Shown: one piece after another, positions 12,242 to 26,300 of the stretch | Layout: each line of letters begins with the position of its first letter | Position numbering within the stretch: the stretch's first letter is position 1 | Assembly (NCBI RefSeq): GCF_032444005.1 | Contig: NC_091289.1 | Span: 182,404,001-182,468,000, forward strand | From: Ranitomeya imitator | Taxonomy: Eukaryota | DNA length: 64,000 bases | Reading direction: 5' to 3' | Notes under the pieces: model-generated | Databases searched by the model: none | Told to the model about the DNA's origin: nothing | The model's input: only the letters and a program-made list of their open reading frames with translations | Made by a program: the position numbers and the translations under genes

Positions 12242-12961
12242 GGTCAGCCATTCTTTCGCTTACAGACTCCCTCTAAGGCTCTGACGGAGTATGCACAAAG
12301 CTTACGGCCATATTAAGATACCCAAGATTTTTTTTTTTTCACCTCTGCATTCATTTTTGGTCCATGCATCATATTTTTTTTTCTGATATACAAGCAATCA
12401 AATTGAGAGAGGTTTACAAGTTTTGCCCACCAACAAGTGACAAACAGACAGCATGTGGGGGCAACAGATGGCCTCTTGTGCTTTCCGTTTTGTTCCCGGA
12501 CTCATTTATTTGTGATTGGTCTGAAAATCAGATGAAACAAGAACATATCTATTTTATTTTGTTACTCATGCTTGTTTCATACTCGCCCCCTATACCATCC
12601 TCATGACTGGAGTATGCCTGGTGGGCTCTCAGTAGTATTTTTTTATGGGTACAGATAACATGTTTAACTCTGCTAATCTCTGATCACACTTGTATTAGTT
12701 CCTGCAAATCTGCGCTGTCATTAGCAATGAATTTCTGATGATCAGTGGAAAAAGCCACTGCGATGTTTAGGAAGCGACTTTTCAGCAGGACACCAAATGT
12801 GTGCTACCGCCATGAAATGCCATGTGTGACTTGAGCATAAGTCACAAATATACTGTATAATGTAAATGTGTCACGATCAGCTAGATGAGAAAGGACACAG
12901 CCGACAAACACAGCGGGAGAGGTGGATGTCATTAAAAAAATAATTTATGGAGACAGAACAG

Positions 12962-14864
12962 TACAGGCATTGGTGGGCAGGATGACATCACTACAGGCAT
13001 TGGTGGGCAGGATGACATCACTGCAGGCATTGGTGAACAGGATGACATCACTGCAGGCATTAGTGGGCAGGATGACATCACTACAGGAATTGGTGAGCAG
13101 GATGACATCACTACAGGCATTGGTGAACTGGATGACATCACTGCAGGCATTGGTGGGCAGGATGACATCACTGCAGGCATTGGTGAGCAGGATGACATCA
13201 CTGCAGGCATTGGTGAGCAGGATGACATCACTGCAGGCATTGGTGGGCAGGATGACATCACTGCAGGCATTGGTGGGCAGGATGACATCACTACAGGAAT
13301 TGGTGAGCAGGATGACATCACTACAGGCATTGGTGAGCAGGATGACATCACTACAGGCATTGGTGAGCAGGATGACATCACTACAGGCATTGGTGAACAG
13401 GATGACATCACTGCAGGCATTGGTGAACAGGATGACATCACTGCAGCCATTGATGAGCACTGCAGGATGACATTACAGGCATTGGTGAACAGGATGACAT
13501 CCCTACAGGCATTGGTGAGCAGGATGACATCACTGCAGGCATTGATGAGCACTGCAGGATGACATTACAGGCATTGGTGAACAGGATGACATCACTACAG
13601 GCATTGGTGGGCAGGATGACATCACTGCAGGCATTGATGAGCAGGATGACATCACTACAGGCATTGGTGAGCACTGTAGGATGACATTACAGGCATTGGT
13701 GAGCAGGATGACATCACTACAGGCATTGGTGGGCAGGATGACATCACTGCAGGCATTGATGAGCACTGCAGGATGACATTACAGGCATTGGTGAACAGCA
13801 TGACATCACTGCAGGCATTGGTGAACAGGATGACATCACTGCAGGCATTGATGAGCAGGATGACATCACTACAGGCATTGGTGAGCACTGTAGGATGACA
13901 TTACAGGCATTGGTGAGCAGGATGACATCACTACAGGCATTGGTGGGCAGGATGACATCACTGCAGGCATTGATGAGCACTGCAGGATGACATTACAGGC
14001 ATTGGTGAACAGGATGACATCACTACAGGCATTGGTGGGCAGGATGACATCACTGCAGGCATTGGTGAACAGGATGACATCACTGTGGGCATTGGTGAAC
14101 AGGATGACATCACTATAGGCATTGGTGAACAGGATGACATCACTGCGGGCATTGGTGAACAGGATGACATCACTATAGGCATTGGTGAACAGGATGACAT
14201 CACTGCAGGCATTGGTGAACAGGATGACATCACTGCAGGCATTGGTGAACAGGATGACATCACTGCAGGCATTGGTGAACAGGATGACATCACTGCAGGC
14301 ATTGGTGAACAGGATGACATCACTATAGGCATTGGTGAGCAGGATGACATCACTATAGGCATTGGTGAGCAGGATGACATCACTGCAGGCATTGGTGAGC
14401 AGGATGACATCACTGCAGGCATTGGTGAGCAGGATGACATCACTGCAGGCATTGATGAGCAGGATGACATCACTGCAGGCATTGGTGAGCAGGATGACAT
14501 CACTGCAGGCATTGGTGAGCAGGATGACATCACTGCAGGCATTGGTGAACCGGATGACATCACTGCAGGCATTGGTGAGCAGGATGACATCACTGCAGGC
14601 ATTGGTGAGCAGGATGACATCTCTGCAGGCATTGGTGAGCAGGATGACATCACTGCAGGCATTGGTGAACCGGATGACATCACTGCAGGCATTGGTGAGC
14701 AGGATGACATCACTGCAGGCATTGGTGAGCAGGATGACATCACTGCAGGCATTGGTGAGCAGGATGACATCACTGCAGGCATTGGTGAGCAGGATGACAT
14801 CACTGCAGGCATTGGTGAGCAGGATGACATCACTGCAGGCATTGGTGAGCAGGATGACATCACT
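12962..14864. repeat. Minisatellite, 30-bp unit GGCATTGGTGAGCAGGATGACATCACTGCA
   Basis: About 60 copies, with a higher-order variant block at about 13440-14040. Confidence 0.97.
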
Positions 14865-15285
14865 CCTGTGACATCAGCAGTAAGGGGCCGGGATGTGAGT
14901 GGTTCCACTGGTGAACCACGGGTGGGGCACGTAGTGAATTGCTAATTTTGGGTGCAGCGTTACATAAATATTCCTCATCACAGAGAGCTACAATTTCACA
15001 ACCTCCAGCCTGCGTCTTGCCCTATTATCCAGGCTCTCACCTTTAGTACTGCAGTCTCCTATAGAAAAATCATAATTTACAATAAGGCTTTATTCACATA
15101 TACTGTTTTTTTTTTTTTTTCCTCGCTTCATCTTTTTAATTTTTTATTTTTTTGCTCCTTTTTTTTTTTTTTTTGCTGTCACATGAAACTTAAAAACGGC
15201 ATTGAACTTTGCTTTTTTTGGTGCATTTTTTTTCTATTTTTTTTTTTCCAGGTTTCTATGCAGTTCCTGTACAAATTACATGTAC

Positions 15286-15642
15286 AGCTATGTGCACGCG
15301 GTATTTTTCAGACACTGGCGCAGCGAAGCCGCTTCAAGAAACCTCTGGCGTTGGTTTTCCTGAAGGGACTTCACTTGCAGTTGTGCTGCCGTTTTCGCAG
15401 CTGCTCTGCCGCCGGCGTCTTTTACTCCTTACTGTGAAGCACAGAGAGCATGTCCCTTCTTTTAACCGTTTCAGAGTTTCCGTACCCTGGGTCAGTTAAT
15501 AAAAGGGGCATAAGATTGCCATGCACGTGGTCTGTGTCATTTTGGCATTACCCTGCATTATGATGCATTATGATCGTTGTATGGGGTGCATTTTCGGATG
15601 AATTTTGGGCTGAATCTTCCTGAAAAAGATGTGCACATACCC
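15286..15642. mobile_element. MITE (Harbinger/Tourist-like), first of a MITE cluster extending to about 16650
   Basis: Termini AGCTATGTGCAC / GTGCACATACCC|TAA; same TIR family as 27680-28061. Confidence 0.5.
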
Positions 15643-17559
15643 TAAGGCTAAATGGACCATATTATCTGTACGAGTGCGATCAGACAAAACATCAGATCGC
15701 AGTCAGACCAATGTTCTGCATTGGGGCCGTGCAAACGTCTTTTTTTTTTTTTTTCCCTTGGACCAAGCCTGTCCGAGGAAAAAAATCACAGCATGTCTTG
15801 AGTTCGATCTGATTGGATCACACTCGGCCATGCAAATCGTTAGACTGCACTTTGATGACATCTGAGTGCAGCCCGATTTCTGTCCACTGACGTTTTTCTC
15901 TCCATCTTCTCATTTGAGTTAATCGGATCGCACTATGCTGACACTGATCAGTTTGTCATTTTGTATAATTGGCCCGATTCTCTCGGATGAGGATGAAGCA
16001 CATTAGCTTTCCCTGTAAAAACTCACACCCAAAAGCAACAACCATTTATAGTAAAAGGACACGCTGTTTTTGGGGCAGTGTTTTGCCTGTGAATGTAAAT
16101 GCACCCCTAGGCTAGGTCTAAACGGAAACTTTCTAGCATTAGTGCACCTGGCTGTGAGATAAAGCCTTACAGGATGTCTTATCGTATCTTTAGGGTACGT
16201 TTCCACGTGCCGTATCCGGAATTTCTGCAATGGCAAAACTCTGCAGATCTCTTTACGAAAATGCTGCTCCGCTTCCCCACATTTCAGGGTTTGCATCGCA
16301 AAGAGCGAACGGACATGTTTCAGATTCTGTTTCATGAAGTCTCATTGACAATGCAGTTTGTCATGTTTTTCAAGGCAAAAAAATGCTGCAGTTTACAAAG
16401 TGAATGCGATTTCTGAAATCTCATGCATCGGGTTCTTTTTCTTTTTCTTGCGGATTTTAACCATCAATGCGTTTGTTTGTTTTTTCCAATTTGCACCATG
16501 TGATCATCAGCATTTTTTTTTTTTTTGCATCGGTTTTCACCCATTGAAATGAATGGGGAAAAAATAAACACGAAAAAACGCTTTAAAAAAAAAAAAAACG
16601 TACGCAGCGTTTTTTGCCAACAATACTATCTGCTGCAAATATTCAGTGTGTGCACATGCCCCAATACTGCGGGTATTTTCTGCTTACAAATCGGCTACAT
16701 ATTCGTCTCGTGAGAACACATTCTACAACTTCAGCTCATTATTAGAAGAGCTTGTTTTTCATAACGCCAGGTGTGAACATTGTCAAAAAAAAAAGACCTA
16801 AAGTGAAAAAAAAATGGACGTATAGAACACGGTGCGTTATTTTCTAGACTAGTCAGTGAATAGCCAACAATCCCCCATTTTCCCGCTTCCCTTCCGGCCT
16901 GTGCACTGTTTATTGTTGTTACATCGTATCCACGCTCAGCTGTCGCTGACACATTGTAGCGTCCTCCCAGCTCTCATTGTGCACATGACAGCTTCATTCT
17001 TTGCATGTAGACACCCACAGACCTGGTCGGGGTGGATGAGGGTGTCGCTCTAGTCGGACAAGATAATCAGGTTTTTCCTATCAATTTGTCTTCTTTAATA
17101 TGCGCACATTTATGTAACGCTGGAGATTACTCATGGTTTCTGGATCCCTTGCAGCAGAATAAAGCAGAAACCGTTCCCATTCCCAGCGTTAGGAAAACCT
17201 CCCTATTCACAGTCCCAGGGAAACAACAAGAACTCTTCACTTGTTCCTTCTTGTTATTTTCAGTATTTTATCACTGTCTGTGCAAAAAGACAAAATATGG
17301 TAACAAAAATTAGTAACAACAAATCTGTCCGCATGACTAGTTTCATATTCTAGGAGCCAAATCCGTGTACACTCCAAATCTGAAGAAATACTTCCTTCTA
17401 TTATAATATAGCCACCTCTCAGCTGGGGATCTTCCGTACATTATCCTAAACTTTCAGAACTTGAGCTGTGGAATGTCTTGGTTTATTTTTATATTTCTGC
17501 TTGTAATCTCCACTCTGCAACTAATCTATCACATACGCCTTACTAATAGTGGAAACGGC

Positions 17560-18696
17560 AATACTGCCCCCTATGTACAAGAATATAACTACCATACTAC
17601 TGCTCCTGTGTGCAGGTATAGAACTTTTATAATACTGCCCCCTATGTAAAAGAATAGAACTATTATAATACTGCCCCTATGTACAAGACTATAACTACTA
17701 TAATACTGCTCTTATGTACAAGAATATTACTATAATACTGCCCCCTATGTAAAAGAATAGAACTATTATAATACTGCCCCTATGTACAAGACTATAACTA
17801 CTATAATACTGCTCTTATGTACAAGAATATTACTATAATACTGCCCCCTATGTAAAAGAATAGAACTATTATAATACTGCCCCCTATGTATAAGAATATA
17901 ACTACAATAATACTACCCCTATGTACAAGAATATAACTACTATAATACTGCCCCTATGTACAAGAATATAACTACTATAATACTGCCCCTATGTACAAGA
18001 ATGTAACTACTATAATACTGCCCCTATGTACAAGAATATAACTACTATAATACTGCCTTTATGTACAAGACTATAACTACTATAATACTGCCCCTATATA
18101 CAAGAATATAACTACTATAATACTGCCCCTATATACAAGAATATAACTACTATAATACTGCCCCTATGTACAAGAATATAACTACTATAATACTGCCCCT
18201 ATGTACAAGAATGTAACTACTATAATACTGCCCCTATGTACAAGAATATAACTACTATAATACTGCCTTTATGTACAAGAATGTAACTACTATAATACTG
18301 CCCCTATGTACAAGAATGTAACTACTATAATACTGCCCCTATATACAAGAATATAACTACTATAATACTGCCCCCTATGTATAAGAATATAACTACAATA
18401 ATACTGCCCCTATGTACAAGAATATAACTACTATAATACTGCTCCTATGTACAAGACTATAACTACTATAATACTGCCCCTATATACAAGAATATAACTA
18501 CTATAATACTGCCCCCTATGTATAAGAATATAACTACAATAATACTGCCCCTATGTACAAGAATATAACTACTATAATACTGCCCCTATGTACAAGAATA
18601 TAACTACTATAATACTGCCCCTATGTACAAGAATGTAACTACTATAATACTGCCCCTATGTACAAGAATATAACTACTATAATACTGCCCCTATGT
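17560..18696. repeat. AT-rich minisatellite, 35-bp unit AAGAATATAACTACTATAATACTGCCCCTATGTAC (block 1)
   Basis: Tandem copies visible directly. Confidence 0.97.
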
Positions 18697-18744
18697 ATGC
18701 GTTAGAATCGGGCCACCATCTAGTAGAATATATAGATATACTGA

Positions 18745-20078
18745 TTATTTTTCAGGGGGAAAAAATGGCGTAAGCTCCTGTGTAATTTTCTTAACCAGCA
18801 CCTTGAAAGCTGATGTCTGGGGGGGCTACGTTTATAGCCTGGGAAGGGGCTAATACCCATGGAGCTTCCCGGGCTATTAATATCAGCTCACAACTGTATA
18901 CTTAGCTTTTACTGGCTATTAAAATGGGAGACCCTAAAAAAAATGATGTAGGGTCCCCCTATAGTTAATAACCAGCAAAGGCTATACAGACAGCTGCAGG
19001 CTGATATTAATAGCCAAGGAAGGGGCCATGGATACTGCCCCCAGGCTAAAAACATCAGCTTTCAGACTCCCCAGAAAACGCACATCTCTAAGATGCGCCA
19101 ATTCTGGCAATTAGCTGTGCTCTTCCCACTTGCCCTGTAGCAATGGCAGTTGGGGTGATAATTGGGGGGGCTTTGATGTCACCTTTGTATTGTCAGGTGA
19201 TATCAAGCCCCAAAGTTGGTAATGGAGAGGTGTCAATAAGATGCCACATTAATAACCCCATAGTCATCTTGCATAAAGACACACACTCAGAAAAAAAGAC
19301 CTTTTAATTGAAAGAAAGACACAGACTCCTTTAATAAATCTTACTTAAACCATACTTACGACCTCGCCCATTCCACCGACGCCATAGTCGTCTGCAAAAG
19401 AGTTAAAATAACAAACAACAATATTTCTCACCCTTCCGCAGAGAAAATTATAATCAATTTGTCCCTCGACGGGTCTAGCTATGCTACATCTAGATGGCAG
19501 GCTGCATGATTGCATGATGTGACCATACAGCCTGTCATCCGGCCGAGACCCTGAGCATAATCTGTTCATTGTCTCTCTGTGAACTCCTATTACCTCTCTG
19601 ACGGCACCGCGGCGAGTGGGAGAAAGTTCTTCTGTTCGCAGTGCCATCAGACGGGTCACAGCCAATGAACTCACTTCACCTTTCTGACGTCAATGCAAGC
19701 GCCGTTGGAAAATCTCCCACCGCACTCGCGCTGATGTCACATAGGTGAAGTGAGTTAATTGGCTGTGAAGTGAGTTCATTGGCTGTGAACTCCCAGGACC
19801 TGTCTGACGGCACCGTGAGCAGGAGTGTGTGTTTTGAAGAATATTTCCTTTGAAAACAATGTATAAATAATTTAGAGAAATGCTTTATGTAATAGCTCAT
19901 GTTAAAATCACTTTGCAATCGAATAGCAATCGCACTGCATTCCGATGTAAATCAGATGCTAGGTATGAAAAATCGGATGGTACTCGCATGAAAAACACAT
20001 GACACTTGCATTACACTTGTGCGACTCTCGGCAGGGAGACTCAGACCGATTTTTCATACGTTTAGTGTGACATCCGCC
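18745..20078. mobile_element. Right part of a non-autonomous DNA transposon between the two 35-bp arrays
   Basis: Non-tandem sequence ending ...AGTGTGACATCCGCC|TAA (TIR-like end plus TAA target); no matching left end found. Confidence 0.45.
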
Positions 20079-20080
20079 TA

Positions 20081-22035
20081 ATACCACCCCTACGTACAAG
20101 AATATAACTACTATAATACTGCCCCTATGTACAAGGATGTAACTACTATAATACTGCCCCCTATGTACAAGAATATAACTACTATAATACTGCCCCCTAT
20201 GTACAAGAATATAACTACTATAATACTGCCCCCTATGTACAAGAATATAACTACTATAATACTGCCCCCTATGTACAAGAATATAACTACTATAATACTG
20301 ACCCCTATGTACAAGAATATAACTACTATAATACTGCCCCTATGTACAAGAATATAACTACTATAATACTGCCCCTATGTACAAGAATATAACTACTATA
20401 ATACTGCCCCCTATGTACAAGAATATAACTACTATAATACTGCCCCTATGTACAAGAATATAACTACTATAATACTGCCCCTATGTACAAGAATATAACT
20501 ACTATAATACTGCCCCTATGTACAAGAATATAACTACTATAATACTGCCTCTATGTACAAGAATATAACTACTATAATACTGCCCCTATGTACAAGAATA
20601 TAACTACTATAATACTGCTCCTATGTACAAGAATATAACTACTATAATACTGCTCCTATGTACAAGAATATAACTACTATAATACTGCCCCTATGTACAA
20701 GAATATAACTACTATAATACTGCCCCTATGTACAAGAATATAACTACTATAATACTGCTCCTATGTACAAGAATATAACTACTATAATACTGCCCCTATG
20801 TACAAGAATATAACTACTATAATACTGCCCCTATGTACAAGAATATAACTATAATACTGCCCCTATGTACAAGAATATAACTACTATAATACTGCCCCTA
20901 TGTACAAGAATATAACTACTATAATACTGCCCCTATGTACAAGAATATAACTACTATAATACTGCTCCTATGTACAGGAATATAACTACTATAATACTTC
21001 TCCTATGTACAGGAATATAACTACTATAATACTGCTTCTATGTACAAGAATATAACTACTATAATACTGCTCCTATGCACAAGAATATAACTACTATAAT
21101 ACTGCTCCTATGCACAAGAATATAACTACTATAATACTGCTCCTATGTACAGGAATATAACTACTATAATACTGCTCCTATGTACAGGAATATAACTACT
21201 ATAATACTACTCCCTATGTACAAGAATATAACTACTATAATACTGCTCCTATGAACAAGAATATAACTACTATAATACTGCTCCTATGCACAAGAATATA
21301 ACTACTATAATACTGCCCCTATGTACAAGAATATAACTATAATACTGCCCCTATGTACAAGAATATAACTACTATAATACTGCCCCTATGTACAAGAATA
21401 TAACTACTATAATACTGCTCCTATGTACAGGAATATAACTACTATAATACTGCTCCTATGTACAGGAATATAACTACTATAATACTGCTCCTATGTACAG
21501 GAATATAACTACTATAATACTACTCCCTATGTACAAGAATATAACTACTATAATACTGCTCCTATGTACAGGAATATAACTACTATAATACTGCTTCTAT
21601 GTACAAGAATATAACTACTATAATACTGCCCCTATGTACAAGAATATAACTACTATAATACTGCTCCTATGTACAGGAATATAACTACTATAATACTGCT
21701 CCTATGTACAGGAATATAACTACTATAATACTACTCCCTATGTACAAGAATATAACTACTATAATACTGCTCCTATGAACAAGAATATAACTACTATAAT
21801 ACTGCTCCTATGCACAAGAATATAACTACTATAATACTGCTCCTATGCACAAGAATATAACTACTATAATACTGCTCCTATGCACAAGAATATAACTACT
21901 ATAATACTCCTCCTATGCACAAGAATATAACTACTATAATACTGCCACTATGTACAGGAATATAACTACTATAATACTGCCCCCTATATACAAGAATATA
22001 ACTACTATAATACTCCTATGTATAAGAATATAACT
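20081..22035. repeat. Same 35-bp AT-rich minisatellite (block 2)
   Basis: Tandem copies; GCTCC and CAGG variants are enriched in the right half. Confidence 0.97.
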
Positions 22036-22996
22036 GGTATGACACAGATTTAGTTTTTCTTCCTATCGGATTCATCTAGCCCACTGGTAAGAGAGTTTAT
22101 GATATAACCTGCCTTTACAATGTTTGGTAGAAAGTGAGTTCATTAAAGTGACAGTAACCGCCGCTCTCCTGTACGAGCCTCTCAGACTATAGCGTATTGT
22201 AGTGATCTTTGATCTTTGTACAGGAAAAGGATATTTGTATAAGAGGAATTTTAGGAGAATGAGATCAGGCTGCTGCTCTCCCCCCGGCCGGCCGCCGGTT
22301 CTCTGATCAATAGTTGGGAGTCATGTTCTTCTTTGACCTGTCCGATCTCGGACTCAGACCGTGGTGTGACATGGAGGTTATCCGTGATTTTGGTCAGGAA
22401 TGGCGCAGTCACGATTAGATCACCGGCCTCGGCGCCGATCACCTAGAAGCCACGGGATGGGTCACTATCTTCCCAAGCATGCAGATTACCCAACAACTAC
22501 TCTTCATACTTTATCATCTTGGAAAGGAAAAAAAAATATTTATAAGCAGAATCTTATCTTAAATCAGCAGTGAAACGAGTCAATAAAACAGAATTTATTG
22601 GAGAAAATATCTTCTTTGCATGTTGACATCCTGGCTGAAGACTTCAAGATTCTTTGAAGTGACCCTGTCACCTGACGCAGGTATTTTTTGGGCTTGGACT
22701 CGTGAGGATGTAGTCAATCGATTAATTTTGAATTAATGACTTCACTGAATCATGGGTTTGTCGGTACAAAGGTTGTGCTCCAGGGTGAGATCATCGATCA
22801 ATAGAAATTAGGAATTCGTCAAACCGCAAGAACAAGCTTTCAGCTGGAAGATAACCAACCAGCCATCGAAGAGCACCAGCCTAGTACATTAATACATCTC
22901 ATGCATGATTTAACCGGATTTTTAGTTTTCCAGTGACTGTCAAGACAAAGAACGCCAGAAGAACAGCTGTTGTCCTCCAGAACAAACCTTATTTAA

Positions 22997-23326
22997 AGGG
23001 GTTGTCCGGCCTTAGGCTACAAGTCTGCAGGCTCTCTATGTGACTGTAGACCTGTGAATCCTCACATCGTTCACACTGCACACTGTGAGGATTCTCCGAT
23101 GCCGGGAGCGGCCACGTGCCATCCAGATGGGCACAGCCTCCCTTAATGGAAGTATATTGAGCGTGGTTGGAATCAGTCTAGTCGCAGATCACTTTCGGTC
23201 ATATGATCGCCCGCTCCCTGCACCAAAGAATCGTCACAGCATGCAGAGAGCACGATGCGAGACTTTACAAGTCTGCAGTCTCATAGAGTGACTGCAGACT
23301 TGTAGGTTAAGTCCCGACAACCCCTT
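22997..23326. mobile_element. TTAA-targeting MITE (T2/Kolobok-type)
   Basis: TTAA|AGGGGTTGTC...GACAACCCCT(T)|TTAA with internal palindromic arms (TACAAGTCTGCAG / CTGCAGACTTGTA). Confidence 0.75.
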
Positions 23327-26300
23327 TTAACGTTACTCATTGCCGACAATATCTATGGTCTTCACCATCGGTGTCTTTGCTCTGTAATATTGTAAGGAGA
23401 TGGACATATTGCCCCGCTCCCCCTTGAAGACATCAGTGCTGTGTACAATGTGATGTGTAATCTGAATAATGTCCTGTGTCTTGTGCACATCTTATGTCAT
23501 GTGAAGTGTAAGATGTTTGCCTATGTAATCTGATAATGTAAGGTATAATGCATAGTCTTGTGATGCATGAAACAAATAGGATAGGACTGAGGACATAGGG
23601 TAGTGTTTGCATAGAATGTAGGGAAAGGGGTTTCTCCAGCAACAGACGCAGGGGTAGGCTTAGTGCTAGGACAGGGGACCTGCTTCCTGAAGTTAGAGCA
23701 GAGGTTAGGTTATGTGCACACAGTGCGTTTTCGATGCTTTTTTCAGTGCAGAAATGAGCCAAAAACGCTATGGAATCCTTATGCAAGCTTATTCAATGAC
23801 AATGCTGAAGTTTGTGCATCAAGTTCAGTAAATTTCCCATGTTTGAACAAAAGTCTCCTTTGCTAAAATGTGGAACTTGTGGTCCTGGCCAGCCAACACC
23901 ATCGGCTACCGACGGCCTGCACTGGCACAAGACCCTCACAACACTAACACCCAGCCAGGACCCATAATTGTAGGATGCCAAAGCGAGTGGGGACAGAAGC
24001 TCGCCTACGACTACCTCGCTAGGGTACAATATCAATTGTTTGAAAGTGGCCGCAGAATGAACAGGTCACTTCTTTTATCCGCTTCCAGGTTTCCAAACCC
24101 TGAAGAAGTTCAAACAAATGACGGATCACATGCACCACAAGTTGTTTTGACATTGCTGTGCACTGCGTTTCTTGTAGTTTTGCGAATTTGTCAGAAAGAA
24201 AAAATCATTTTATGCACATACCCCAATGCTGGTTCACTTACTGGATTTCTTTCTGTAGCTTTGCTACAATCTCTGTCTTAGCTGCTGTAGCTCTGCTAGT
24301 TTTCTCAATCATGAGCTCTGTATAACCCAGCACCCTGCACATTATTGGCATCTTTTTGTCTACACTGTGCATAGGCAGAAAGATGACAAGCAATGGTGGA
24401 CGGTGGTGATAGCCAGAGCTTATGGATATTGAGGATGACATAGCAGGAGCTCATCAATGAGAGGACTAGTAGAGAGGCAGCAGATAAAACAGTTTATTAG
24501 CCCAGAAAGTGTCTCAAAGTTATGGAGCAGTCAGACTGCTGTATGAATTGGACCCAGATTGATGCATGTATTTCTGTGCAGCTGTCACGCTCACTTCAGG
24601 AGAGCTGCCAGCCAGTCCATGGAGAAGTATACTTGCTCCTTTTAAGTGACAGCAGAGATATTGGGAAGAATTGTCTCTGAGTGACTGTTTCCAATATTAC
24701 TGATCACTAAAGCCTATTACCAAGCCTACTAGAAAGCTGCGATATATGGACTCGTGCAGTCCTGGATGACAGCCATTGGGACATCCCGCCTGGCAGCGTG
24801 CCCCCGCTCTCGTACACATGCCACCGCCATGGCTGTGCCAGGGATGAATGGTATGTGATGGCGCAGGGGTATGTCACTGGGAGGTGTATGCTGAGGTTGG
24901 TGCGCTCTGTAGGCAGACACTGCTGGATTTCTCTCCATTGCAGACAGAATGGTTACTGTTCTGCAGCTTTTGGGATATGACATCCATATAATGGAGCAGT
25001 GTTACATTTCTGTGTCCTCAGAACAATGGCTGTGACTGTGGAGTCCTCAGATGTCCCCTCCCTGCACTGGCACGCCGATACATTCCTGCCCTGGTCCATA
25101 CACAGAGCAGATGTGGCCCACACAGCTCATTCATTCCCTCCCACCACAGACAGGCACATACCTTTAACTCCCCCCTCCTTACACACCTTAACCCTTGTCT
25201 TGGCGGTCTGCCCCATTCCCTAGGATACCAGGAATGTACTCCTGCAGACCTTTCACACACTTGGAGGGTGCAGGCGGTCACCCACTTGTAGTGACACAGG
25301 GGAGGGGGCAGACCAGAGGTATTTGTGTCAAGTAGTATGGAGTTTGTCCATGTTCGGAGGACTACGCCGCAAAAAATGAAAACTTCCTTCCCACTCTGTC
25401 GACAAACACTGAATAATAAACACGAGGACTGTATAGGATTTCCTGTAGGATATTGTATATGTTTCTGGCCAGCTGCACAAGGGCGTTCCACCTATAGGGG
25501 CCCATCACTATGTTATAGGTTATGTCCTCACTCAGCGGTCTCCAGCAGTCTCTTAGAGAAATAAAGGGGGTGTCCGGCCTTGGTGCACAAGTCTGCAGTC
25601 ACTCTGTGTGCAGTGTGCTTGCTGTGAGGATTCGCCTCGAGCTATTTGCATACTTCTGGACACATTCCAACTAGACGTGCCCAGCTTTACTCCATTCACT
25701 TGCATTGAGCAAGGTTTTGCAACTCTAGTCGGCACGTGACCGCATGTATGCTGCTAATCACATCATGCTAAAAAAAACATGAATCACAAAATAAACATGA
25801 TAAATGTACAGAGGAATCCAAAATAGAGGGAGTAATCAAGTCGACATCGGTGGTGAAGCGGAAAGGAATCAGGCTGCAAATAGTGGGAGTGATAGTACAA
25901 CTAAGTCCATATGGCCACGGGTATAGAGAGTAATAAGCAAGTGCATACAATAGCACCCCATGTTAAGCAAACCGCACGGAAAAAGATGAAGCATGTAGCT
26001 TACTCATGATGCTGTAAACCACCCATCCGCGACACCACAGATGCCCCGACGCGCGTTTCGTTGATGTGCTTTCTCAAGGGGAGTGTTTTGGAAGACCCGA
26101 AAATCCTGACAACACACACACAGCCGGCTGTTAGGATTCACAAGTCTGCTCTCACATAGAGTGACTGCAGACTTATATCCCAAGGCCAGTAACCTCTTTA
26201 ATAAAGCAGCATTGCTCGTGCTCGACCATTTCTCCATTCAGCTGGGGTGTGATCCCTCAGACAACCTCTGCCCTAGAAGGTATAACCTGTCGTCTGCATA

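Noticed and set aside
12922-14945. ORFs with GIGEQDDITA / VMSSCSPMPA decapeptide repeats
   Set aside because: A 30-bp unit keeps frames open on both strands; no splice or start context and no unique domain.
22060-22300. FLLYKYPFPVQR segment faintly resembling a MAGE domain (minus strand)
   Set aside because: Only a few residues match, it needs a frameshift, and the remaining MAGE motifs are absent.
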